Assembly: GCA_963677485.1 (NCBI GenBank)
Contig: OY781964.1
Coordinates: forward strand, 5,056,001-5,120,000
Source: Armatimonadota bacterium
Lineage (GTDB): Bacteria > Armatimonadota > HRBIN16
DNA: 64,000 bases
Direction of reading: 5' to 3'
In this document: piece after piece, positions 38,057-46,974 of the stretch
Position numbering within the stretch: the first letter of the stretch is position 1
Layout: the number at the start of each line of letters is the position of its first letter
The notes under the pieces: generated by a model
Told to the model about the DNA's origin: nothing
What the model saw: only the letters and a program-made list of their open reading frames with translations
Databases searched by the model: none
Translations under genes and position numbers: made by a program

Positions 38057-40057
38057 TCAATATGGCAGGTAGGATACTGATCGGCCTATGATAGCTAAAG
38101 CTATCGAAGCCATACCAATTAGTCCCATACCACACGAGAAACCGGCTAGAAGAACTGGAGCCCACATTCGCCATGTTTCAGCACCGAACCGCTTGGCGAA
38201 ATACTTCTGCGAGAGAAGTGTTCCACATAGAAGCGGGATGGTATTGTGAGGCAGTGCACCTACTCCACCAATCAGTCCGTAGTAAGTCAGCATCGGCCAC
38301 TTAAGAACCGCAAACATTCCGTAAAGCGCTAAGCCGACGCCCGCACCGATACCAATCCTGTTCAAACTCAGGGCATCCATCAACCAGCTTCGTGAAGAGT
38401 TGCCTGGTAGGTTGATCTGCTGCCATAAGGCTGACATCTGAGCGTTGAGTGGCCAGAACCGTTGAGCGTATGGGTATTGCGCCGATGGTATTTGGCTGCT
38501 GTTCCAGAAGAAACTCCAGAACAAGAAGCTGAACAATGGCACCACCAGGAAGATCGCTAACTCCGCCCACACAATACTGGTGAACTTGGTACTGGTCAGC
38601 TCAATTTCGCGGAAGCGCTGGGCGTAACCGCCGTAGTCTCCTATCGGAATAGGAGCGTACCAGATATCCACCCTGTCGTATTTCGTGGCTAAGATGCTCG
38701 CTTCTTTTAAGAACGGGAAGGAGACACCGCTACCGGTAAGTCCTATCATACGAGCACTGATATAGCTGTTCAATGGCGTCCATAACAGACCAAACGCTAT
38801 GAGTATCCAAAGCGGGAATGCCGGAACCATCTTGTGACCAATGATGATCATCGCGATGGTTGCGATCAACCAAGCTCCGAGGGCATAGTATATGGTCTTC
38901 GGTGTATCACCGCGTCCGGCAGGAATTGGTGCAAAACTGCCCCGCATCGCTTTTCTTTTCGCGTTTTCGATGAGTGTTTTTGCCACCATGACGATACCAA
39001 TAGCAGCCACAGCTAACTGTAGACCGATACCAATCGCCATCCAGAAGTCGATATTCACCGTTAGTGAGCCTTGAATTGATGACATCCCAGGATACCAGTT
39101 AGGTAAAAACCCGGTCTGCTGCAGAATAGTGTTACCGAAAATCTGGCACGCGATACTCGATATCGCCTGTCCATACACAATCTGTGCAGGAATGACAAAT
39201 CCAGTGATAAGCACACCAAGATCACCAGTCAGACCAAACAACGCACCAGGAAGAATATGTTCGATATTGGGTACAAGATCGAAGAATGGAATGGGGATTA
39301 TGGTCATGGCTTTACCGAACAATACCGAAGTAAAGATCGGTACACCAAGGTAGATAACTCCATAAATCAATCCAATAGCGGCACCAGTGGAGAATACTTT
39401 CCATCTCCAACTGTCTTCATTACCTTTACCCGCTTCCGCCAGGGCTGTCGCGCCAGAAGCAGCAACAGGAGCCATAGGGAATGGCAGCTTTTCAATATCG
39501 CTTGTGACTCGGAACAGAGCATATCCCAGCCCCATCCACATCATACGACCTAGAACTTCGAAGGCTAACAACAACGCGATCGGAATGATCCAGTCCTTGT
39601 GCATAAAGCTTCTATGCAGGATCGCGGCACTATCGGGTTGAGGTACGGCCCATCTTGGTATCTGTTCTACGATGGGAGCCGCAGCCGGAGACTGGACAAA
39701 ATATTGCAACCAGACAAGGTTAGCAAAAGGTCCACCAGATAAACCTAATCCACCTACCATACCAGTAAGTGCAGAGGCGACATAGAATAATATATATATT
39801 TCCTGGCGCTTAAGTGGGGCGAAGCTTCTTCGAGCTACTTCGGCAAAAAGCACGATGGTGACCCATTGTGCCGCCGGCCCCAAACCCTGTCCTGCCACGA
39901 GACCCAAATAGATAGCTCCGGGCATCATGATCATGGCCACGAAGAGCGTACCAAATAGCGTTCTCGAAGAGAATCCCTCTTCGAATACTACTTTGTTCTC
40001 ATCGCTAGACTGCGCTTCAGAACGTTGCCGAGCTAATACCAGTTCGTCAACAGCCAA
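38057..40057 (-). CDS. Polytopic membrane transporter, OPT/oligopeptide-transporter-like
   Basis: ~16 hydrophobic segments; EKLPFPMAPV motif resembles the OPT E.L.FP loop; likely TTG start 40057 behind GGGAGG (track ORF starts at 40135). Confidence 0.65.
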   Translation of the reverse strand: MAVDELVLARQRSEAQSSDENKVVFEEGFSSRTLFGTLFVAMIMMPGAIYLGLVAGQGLGPAAQWVTIVLFAEVARRSFAPLKRQEIYILFYVASALTGMVGGLGLSGGPFANLVWLQYFVQSPAAAPIVEQIPRWAVPQPDSAAILHRSFMHKDWIIPIALLLAFEVLGRMMWMGLGYALFRVTSDIEKLPFPMAPVAASGATALAEAGKGNEDSWRWKVFSTGAAIGLIYGVIYLGVPIFTSVLFGKAMTIIPIPFFDLVPNIEHILPGALFGLTGDLGVLITGFVIPAQIVYGQAISSIACQIFGNTILQQTGFLPNWYPGMSSIQGSLTVNIDFWMAIGIGLQLAVAAIGIVMVAKTLIENAKRKAMRGSFAPIPAGRGDTPKTIYYALGAWLIATIAMIIIGHKMVPAFPLWILIAFGLLWTPLNSYISARMIGLTGSGVSFPFLKEASILATKYDRVDIWYAPIPIGDYGGYAQRFREIELTSTKFTSIVWAELAIFLVVPLFSFLFWSFFWNSSQIPSAQYPYAQRFWPLNAQMSALWQQINLPGNSSRSWLMDALSLNRIGIGAGVGLALYGMFAVLKWPMLTYYGLIGGVGALPHNTIPLLCGTLLSQKYFAKRFGAETWRMWAPVLLAGFSCGMGLIGMASIALAIIGRSVSYLPY

Positions 40058-40135
40058 CGGATTAACCTCCCTATCGCACCGTTTAGATTGCACCTGCCGG
40101 TGCTTACTCTTACGAGAAGTTGATGATATCTTCAT

Positions 40136-40174
40136 GTCTTAGGAGAGCGATACGAAATACCGCTCTCCTAAGAC
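40136..40174. other. Intra-operon perfect inverted repeat (14-bp stem)
   Basis: GTCTTAGGAGAGCG-N11-CGCTCTCCTAAGAC; no U-tract on the coding strand. Confidence 0.8.
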
Positions 40175-40187
40175 TATCGGGTTCAAT

Positions 40188-43100
40188 TTAAGTGTTCTGG
40201 GCTTCTACTGCTATATTCTCATCGAAATAGCGGTTTCGGTCCTCTGCACTTAACGTTCGCCAGATCAGGAACTGCTTTCGCAGAGTATTCATAAAGCGTC
40301 GGTTGACGCGTTTCCAGTTGGCGATGTCACCGCTTAACCGCGTAAGGGTTAAGGTCAGCGAATAGATGTCATCGGTGTCAGTCGGTTCTGCACTGATGAG
40401 AACTGTCTGGCTTACGCCTAAGTCAAACGGAGCCAGCCATGCAGTACAACCTATGGAATAAGCACGTCCGTGCTCTTTCATGTAGTTGTCTGTCGTGACA
40501 GACTGTGTGACAAAATCGCCCACAGAATAGTCTTCATAGGCACTCAACCACTCGCCCAGGAAGGAGCTTAAACCGGTAGCTTGAACTTGATTTACTGAGA
40601 ACGGCATGGGGATTACCCATTCGTCACCCTCAGGATCAGGTGTGTGCCAGTTACGATCCAAGGCAGGCGATGCCACCTCAGACGCCTTACGAGCAGGATA
40701 TATGGTTGATAGGAGAACTGTAGCCACTACCACTAAGGTGGAGACTACTGCCGACATCGACGAGAAGTTGAGATATAAGCCTTCGATCTTGAGTAAGACA
40801 ATGGCTTTTGCACTCAACTGCGCGACAAAGTAGCCCGTAACCGAACCAACGATCGCATAGACCAGTGATTCTGCAAAGAACAACAGACCGATGTGTGTCG
40901 GTGATAGACCGAGTGAACTGAAGATGTGAATCTCCTTCACACGTTCGAACACCGAGCTGAGCATGGTCTGAAGACAGATCATGGCAGCGATCAGGATCGG
41001 GATGATCACGAACTCAATACCACGCCCAGAAGTCGCAGCCAGTGTAGAGAACCGCCATATCTGCGGACCCTGACCTGAATAGATATTCAAGCCGAGGCGG
41101 GGCATTAATTTATCAAGAACACCCTTTACCTCCTTCTTATTAGCAAAGGAGATAGCGATAGACCGGATCTCCCCACCCTGGTTCATCAGAGTGCGGTACG
41201 GTAGATAGAAGACACTATCCGGTTCAAGGTGAACGTATTCACGGAACCCAGATTCTTGACCGCCTCCACTACCACCGCCGGCTTTGTTACCCATTTTGTT
41301 CATGAGCAGGAAGTCGACAGGGGTTAAAGGTTCCTGGTCAAGGTCTGTTACTGTCTTGAACTTGCCACTGTCGAGGATTCCGATGACGTTGTACTCCATA
41401 CCGTTGAAACGGACAGAGACTTTCCCGACATCTTCAACTCCAACACGCAGAGATTCAGCAACACCGCTAGGAAGTATGGTTACATAGCGGTCACCATCTT
41501 GGAACCAGCGGCCCGCTTTCAGGGCACGTTGTGGCCGCGTGACTTGAGCTTCATCTGGAGTCAGGCCGACAATTGACTTCACATCATATTGTCTGTCACC
41601 TTTGCGCACAGCGAATGAGCTCTGCTCTCCATAGGCAACACCATAGAACCAAGCCCTCGGAGCTACCGCGCGGTCGCGGAACTCGTCGCTTAGCAGACGG
41701 TATGCCGGGTCTTGCAGAGGTTCCCAAAGTGCCGTTCTAATCATGATTCCGTTGTAGTCCGCAACACCCGGTGCACGCACCTGGTTGAAGCGGAGCACAT
41801 TCACGATTGAAGTAAAGGATAGCACGATGAACGTCAGCATGATCAGCGTGATGCTGGTCAATATAGTCCGAGCTTTTCGCCTGCGCATGTTTGACACGCC
41901 CAGGTTAAACGCCGCAAATGCGACACTAACTCGTCCAATATCGGCCCGGTGAACGCCACTCATCTGTTTGTTGATCTGTTTGAGTTGTTCCTCAAACTTG
42001 CCCATAATCATGGCCGTAACCAATCCAGATAGAGCCAGCATGACGAAGGCCAAGAAGACCACCGCAAGGTTACTGACTAACTGGAAGGCAGGGTGTATCC
42101 GACTGAACAAGAGGAACACAACAACGAAGATACCAAGGGCGGCCATCAACTGGTTGCGCAGATTTGGGAAGCCGAAGAACAACCTCTCCATAAAGAACGC
42201 GAATGGCAACAGTAATGCCATGTAGAAGATGACTCCTCTAACCACGTCATTCGCCGTCGCTTGCACGTCTGGATAGGCTCTGGCTTCATAACCCCAGGCT
42301 GCTCGACTATAGATGTCGAACTTGGCATAGTCTTTGGCGACGAGAGCAGCACGTGCCATGTCAAGTGATTTCTTTGACATCGCATGAAGCTGTTCGAGCC
42401 CCTCGTTGATAATTCGGAATTTCCGGAGTTTGGTCATGCGGTACTCATCAAGAGTCCACATGTCTTCAGCTACACGGAAAGCAGTATTAGTGATGACACC
42501 ACCAGCCGCGAAGTTATCGCGGTCACCGTAGTTCTTATTCTTCTGACCGAAACCAACCTCTTTAGCCACACCCTGAACGCGGTAGCCAATACCTTCCGGG
42601 TCTTGCTTAGTGGAGTTGATCATCACAAAGCGTGTGGCACCAGGCCCCACACCCATGATCAGCTTAATGCGGGAACCAGGCTGTGAAAAGACAACAGCCA
42701 CGTCCTCAACATAAGAGGTCATCAAGTAGTCTTGCTGGGTTGCTAAAGCCCAACCATACATACGTGGAGTACCATTGGTTTCGGCATCCAGCACGTTCAT
42801 GGTTGTCAAAGCACGCAAGGCTTGCTGATCGACCAAGTCAAAGAGCGAAGTAGGCACGCAGTTGAACACTACGATACGGCTTGTCTTTTGTCCTGTTGTG
42901 ACAGGAAAATCAACAGGATATTCTACGGCTCCCTGAGCACCTTGGTCGGGTGCAAAGTCGATGTTACCGGTGGTTCGATCGACTCGGTATGCTGCAACCG
43001 ATGTAGGGCGGTTCCATCCATAAGCTGTGACAGGTGCCACACCTGGGAACCGGTACTCGGCCTTATCATTTACGATCTGTATCAGGTTACCGCGCACACC

Positions 43101-44774
43101 TGCAAATGTCTTCGTGGCGTGTCGAACGACAGCTAGACTGTCCAGAACCGGTTCTTTGGGGATGAAGCTCTTTTTAGGTTCAAAACGGACAACCTGCCCG
43201 CTGATCGTAGAAAAGCCTCCCTGCAAGCCCATTCTCTGGAAGTTACCGGGTTCATCAATTGCGAAGTGAGGAAGTGCGGGGTCTTGAACATTGTTAGGAT
43301 CATTAAATACATGCCACAGAATACCTGACAGTAGTTTGGTCTGCATAGCCACGTTTGAGTAGTTCACCCTGTTCGGGGTGTCAAACGGCGTGTCTACCAT
43401 AGGTCGACTGTCATCGGTGGTGCAGAATGTAATCCCATTCGCCCCTGATAGTGTGACTAGCTCCGCATCAAAAGCATACTTACCGGCGAGGTAGTTCCGC
43501 CAGATTTTACCGTCAACGGGGTTAACACCATCGGCAAACATACGTGATCCGGCCAAACCCAGTGCGGCTAGAACCTTATCGGAATTTTCACGACATATTC
43601 GAGAGAGGTCAGAAAATCTATTCTGGACATCTTCGCGCATGTCATAGAAATAGCCTTTATAGAACAGTCCAACTTGCTTGTTTCGGCTGGAGATATCCAA
43701 ACCGGCCCACAAGTAGATGTCCATCAAGTCTTTTTGCTTAGGTTTGATGCCGACCGCTTTCAGCATAGACATGAACAGCTTCTGGCCCACGTTTGGCCTC
43801 TCGAGGCGGTTCATGTGTCTATCCATCCACTGTCGGATGCCTTCAAGGGAGGTAAAGTGTCCGCCTGTAGCGACGAACATGATGCTTCGCTTTGGCTTTT
43901 CTTTGGCGTATGTACGCGCAAGCTCAAGCATGGAAGCTATGCCGCAGGCACTTTCAGCACCCGGCGCGATAGCTGGAACCACTGACATCGAATCGAAATA
44001 AGAAGACAGAACAATCACTTGCTTGGACATCTTAGGGTCAGAACCCTTTATCCAGGCGATGACGTTCCTGCCCTCTTTTTTCTGCCATTGCATGGAGCAG
44101 GACAGCTTGCCAGGGAGCTCTTGGTTAGAAGCACAAAGTGCCATCAAAGGCACAGCATCACTCTTGCGTATGAAGAAACGAGGCACATTTACCGGAATTC
44201 CGATAAACTTCGCTTCAGATTCCCCACGCATCGTGTCGTCTGGCTCAACGAAAACCACCGCCTTCGCACCTAAGCGGGGAGCATTCAACCATTCGGTTCC
44301 TGAGTTATAGTTAACGAGGACGATACTACCCTGAACACGCTTACCGCTGAAGTTCGGGAGTTTCCCATCACCCACATAAATAACGGAACCACTCACACCT
44401 TCAGGAGGAAGTTGTGATGTTCGAACGAGGTTAGGCCACAGAGCATTTAAGTGAATAGATTTTCCATTCACTTGAAGCACTGATCCCTGGTCAACAGGAA
44501 CGCTGACAGGGAAAGACTCCGTAGTGATGTCTGTAAGCCCGATGGTACGGAATTGATCGGCTACCCAACCGGCCGCCTTGTCGGCACCGGGGTAACCACA
44601 AACGCGGCTGTCAATAGCAGACAAACTATTAACTGTTGTACGGATACGAGTTGTATCAACACTGTTCGCGAGGCGCATATAGTCTGGGCTGGTTACAGGT
44701 GCTTGTGCGTAAGCGATCGTAGAAACAGCCGAAACTAAGAGCATCCAACGAAGCGCCTTCCGGATAATCATCAT
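40188..44774 (-). CDS. Giant fusion: signal peptide + M28/PA peptidase-like domain + extra TM helices + MacB/FtsX permease
   Basis: Signal peptide ending AYA-Q; SRVCGYPG, PA-like insert, VLSSYFDS..PGAES..GIASMLELAR; NMRRRKARTILT, SVFERVKEIHIFSSLGL and YPARKAS FtsX motifs; likely start 44774 behind GAGGAG (track start 44807). Confidence 0.85.
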   Translation of the reverse strand: MMIIRKALRWMLLVSAVSTIAYAQAPVTSPDYMRLANSVDTTRIRTTVNSLSAIDSRVCGYPGADKAAGWVADQFRTIGLTDITTESFPVSVPVDQGSVLQVNGKSIHLNALWPNLVRTSQLPPEGVSGSVIYVGDGKLPNFSGKRVQGSIVLVNYNSGTEWLNAPRLGAKAVVFVEPDDTMRGESEAKFIGIPVNVPRFFIRKSDAVPLMALCASNQELPGKLSCSMQWQKKEGRNVIAWIKGSDPKMSKQVIVLSSYFDSMSVVPAIAPGAESACGIASMLELARTYAKEKPKRSIMFVATGGHFTSLEGIRQWMDRHMNRLERPNVGQKLFMSMLKAVGIKPKQKDLMDIYLWAGLDISSRNKQVGLFYKGYFYDMREDVQNRFSDLSRICRENSDKVLAALGLAGSRMFADGVNPVDGKIWRNYLAGKYAFDAELVTLSGANGITFCTTDDSRPMVDTPFDTPNRVNYSNVAMQTKLLSGILWHVFNDPNNVQDPALPHFAIDEPGNFQRMGLQGGFSTISGQVVRFEPKKSFIPKEPVLDSLAVVRHATKTFAGVRGNLIQIVNDKAEYRFPGVAPVTAYGWNRPTSVAAYRVDRTTGNIDFAPDQGAQGAVEYPVDFPVTTGQKTSRIVVFNCVPTSLFDLVDQQALRALTTMNVLDAETNGTPRMYGWALATQQDYLMTSYVEDVAVVFSQPGSRIKLIMGVGPGATRFVMINSTKQDPEGIGYRVQGVAKEVGFGQKNKNYGDRDNFAAGGVITNTAFRVAEDMWTLDEYRMTKLRKFRIINEGLEQLHAMSKKSLDMARAALVAKDYAKFDIYSRAAWGYEARAYPDVQATANDVVRGVIFYMALLLPFAFFMERLFFGFPNLRNQLMAALGIFVVVFLLFSRIHPAFQLVSNLAVVFLAFVMLALSGLVTAMIMGKFEEQLKQINKQMSGVHRADIGRVSVAFAAFNLGVSNMRRRKARTILTSITLIMLTFIVLSFTSIVNVLRFNQVRAPGVADYNGIMIRTALWEPLQDPAYRLLSDEFRDRAVAPRAWFYGVAYGEQSSFAVRKGDRQYDVKSIVGLTPDEAQVTRPQRALKAGRWFQDGDRYVTILPSGVAESLRVGVEDVGKVSVRFNGMEYNVIGILDSGKFKTVTDLDQEPLTPVDFLLMNKMGNKAGGGSGGGQESGFREYVHLEPDSVFYLPYRTLMNQGGEIRSIAISFANKKEVKGVLDKLMPRLGLNIYSGQGPQIWRFSTLAATSGRGIEFVIIPILIAAMICLQTMLSSVFERVKEIHIFSSLGLSPTHIGLLFFAESLVYAIVGSVTGYFVAQLSAKAIVLLKIEGLYLNFSSMSAVVSTLVVVATVLLSTIYPARKASEVASPALDRNWHTPDPEGDEWVIPMPFSVNQVQATGLSSFLGEWLSAYEDYSVGDFVTQSVTTDNYMKEHGRAYSIGCTAWLAPFDLGVSQTVLISAEPTDTDDIYSLTLTLTRLSGDIANWKRVNRRFMNTLRKQFLIWRTLSAEDRNRYFDENIAVEAQNT

Positions 44775-44947
44775 TCGCAAACCGCTCCTCAGTGTGGTTC
44801 TTAGCATTTGGCGCAGATGCGCCTTAATGAATAATAACAGAAAGTAGGCGTGAAGTGGTAATGCCTACTCTATCTCGAAATCGGGTATAATTTGTTACCC
44901 ATGAGGGTTTCTGAGCTTGAGGGCTCCCCTCGCCGAACCTGCAGTGT

Positions 44948-45634
44948 GTGAACCACTCTTTATACGCTAACCTAAAATCTCGGAGAATGCCAGTGAGTTT
45001 TCAAAAACTCTGTTATCTGATCTATTCGGACATGTTCCGATACTATGGAAAACAGCCGTTTTATCGCAACCTCCATACGATGATCTGGACGTTCGGAGCT
45101 ATTCATAGCTTCTGGTTTCGCTTGGGTCAGTATTTTTGGTCCAAATCTGCAGTAGCCAGGCCACTGTATTACATCGCTCGTTATATACAGCGAATCTATA
45201 TGGTTCGATTTGGTTTTGAGGTATCACCCGAAACCATCATAGGACCAGGATTGTATATCGGACATATCGGAGGCATCACTATCAGCCGCTTTGCAAAGAT
45301 CGGCCGAAACTGCAATATATCGCAGGGAGTGACCATTGGAGCAACACAGAGGGGCGACAAAGCCGGAGCCCCCACCATCGGCGATAATGTATACATCGGG
45401 CCGGGAGCCCGTGTAATAGGTGCGATCGTGATTGGTAACAATGTGGCCATTGGTGCCAATGCCGTCGTAAGTAAGGATCTGCCCGATTTTTCAGTTGCTG
45501 TCGGATTACCCGCACGGTCTATCGGCACGGAAGGTTCTGTCGGCTATATCAACAACACGGAATACGATCAGCATTTGGGAGCCTGGGCCAGGAAATTCGC
45601 TCAGGTAGTATCAACACCTGACAAAGTGTTATAA
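44948..45634 (+). CDS. Hexapeptide-repeat O-acetyltransferase (serine acetyltransferase-like, probably polysaccharide-related)
   Basis: IGPGLYIGH, IGRNCNISQGVTIG, PTIGDNVYIGPGA and IGANAVV motifs; start may be ATG 44987. Confidence 0.85.
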   Translation: MNHSLYANLKSRRMPVSFQKLCYLIYSDMFRYYGKQPFYRNLHTMIWTFGAIHSFWFRLGQYFWSKSAVARPLYYIARYIQRIYMVRFGFEVSPETIIGPGLYIGHIGGITISRFAKIGRNCNISQGVTIGATQRGDKAGAPTIGDNVYIGPGARVIGAIVIGNNVAIGANAVVSKDLPDFSVAVGLPARSIGTEGSVGYINNTEYDQHLGAWARKFAQVVSTPDKVL

Positions 45635-45635
45635 T
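45626..45635 (+). promoter_or_regulatory. Extended -10 promoter for yebC
   Basis: TGtTATAAT ~40 nt upstream of the GGAGG RBS and ATG. Confidence 0.6.
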
Positions 45636-45671
45636 CTTCAAGGAAATATCACGGAGGCACATTAACAATCT

Positions 45672-46412
45672 ATGTCTGGTCACTCCAAATGGCATAATAT
45701 CCGCTTGCGTAAAGGCAAGCAGGATGCCGAGCGCGGAAAACTGTTTACACGAGTTGCTCGCGAGATCATCGTAGCAGCTAAAGAGGGTGGCGGTAACCCC
45801 GACGCTAATCTGCGACTTAAAATGGCAATGCAAAAGGCCCGCGATGTGCATATGCCTCAAGATAATATCAAGCGCGCCATCATGCGCGGCACAGGTGAGC
45901 TTGACGGCTCCAACTATGATGAGGTCACCTACGAAGGTTACGGCCCCGCAGGTGTAGCTATACTCGTAGAGTGCATGACTGATAACAAAAACCGAACAGT
46001 TTCGGAAATCCGGCATGCTTTCACCAAGGCTGGCGGCAGTTTGGGTGAGATGGGCTGTGTCGGCTGGATGTTTACGCCCCAGGGCATGATCATGGTACCG
46101 CTGTCGGCTGGCGACGAAGAAACCATCATGACCGCAGCTTTAGAAGCGGGTGCTGAGGACTTTGTGGCTACCGATGATGGGTATGAAATCACGACCGATC
46201 AGGGCGGCTTAAACACTGTCACCGAAGCACTAAAGGCAGCAGGAATACCAGTTGAGAACTCCGAACCCACTATGACACCCAGTTCTACGGTGGCCATTGA
46301 AGGCAAAGAGGCTCAACAGGTTTTGAGGTTACTTGATATGCTGGATGAACTTGACGATGTTCAAGCAGTTCACTCCAACGCAGACATACCCGATGACGAG
46401 TATGAGGGGTAG
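45672..46412 (+). CDS. yebC: YebC/PmpR family protein
   Basis: MSGHSKWHNI, YEGYGPAG, TDNKNRT and DDVQAVHSN motifs. Confidence 0.96.
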   Translation: MSGHSKWHNIRLRKGKQDAERGKLFTRVAREIIVAAKEGGGNPDANLRLKMAMQKARDVHMPQDNIKRAIMRGTGELDGSNYDEVTYEGYGPAGVAILVECMTDNKNRTVSEIRHAFTKAGGSLGEMGCVGWMFTPQGMIMVPLSAGDEETIMTAALEAGAEDFVATDDGYEITTDQGGLNTVTEALKAAGIPVENSEPTMTPSSTVAIEGKEAQQVLRLLDMLDELDDVQAVHSNADIPDDEYEG

Positions 46413-46419
46413 CTTCAGC

Positions 46420-46974
46420 TTGCAGCAACAAGATACCATACTGGCCCGCCTGAAAGCGACAAGCTTCGGGCGGGCTGCCGTTTTCTTTGACCGTGATGGC
46501 GTCTTGAATGAGGAAGTTGGATATCTCCACTCCCCCAGCAGATTTATCTGGCGCAAAGGAGCCGAACGCTGCATCCACGCCGTTAATCGGGCAGGGTTGC
46601 TCGCTATCATCATCACCAACCAAGGTGGGATCGCACGCTCCATGTATACGGAACACGATGTGCGCCAACTCCACTTTTGGATGCAAACCCAGCTTCAGCC
46701 GCATCACGCTCATCTTGATGCATTCTATTATTGTCCTCATCACGACGAAGGTGACATTCCGCATCTCGCCATAGATTGTCCAAACCGTAAACCAAATCCA
46801 GGAATGCTGTTGAAGGCCGCTAACCAATGGGGTATCAACTTACCAAACAGCATCATGCTGGGTGATAAACGGCGTGACATGGAGGCGGCATCTAATGCCG
46901 GAGTGTTGGGTTTAATGGTCGATGACCATACATTAGATGATCTCGCTTCGTTGCTTGAGCAGCACCACGAATGA
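46420..46974 (+). CDS. gmhB: D-glycero-D-manno-heptose-1,7-bisphosphate phosphatase (HAD IIIA)
   Basis: FFDRDGVLN, TNQGGI, CPHH...CPNRKPNPGM and GDKRRD motifs; start uncertain (46402 ATG or 46420 TTG). Confidence 0.88.
   Translation: MQQQDTILARLKATSFGRAAVFFDRDGVLNEEVGYLHSPSRFIWRKGAERCIHAVNRAGLLAIIITNQGGIARSMYTEHDVRQLHFWMQTQLQPHHAHLDAFYYCPHHDEGDIPHLAIDCPNRKPNPGMLLKAANQWGINLPNSIMLGDKRRDMEAASNAGVLGLMVDDHTLDDLASLLEQHHE

Noticed and set aside
35074-44807. Classical RiPP biosynthetic cluster suggested by the PqqD/RRE gene
   Set aside because: No modifying enzyme and no credible precursor ORF with an RBS was seen in or beside the operon.
44948-45634. Second true cysE
   Set aside because: It lacks the DPAA/YPG N-terminal CysE domain and the KRHP motif; it fits polysaccharide O-acetyltransferases better.
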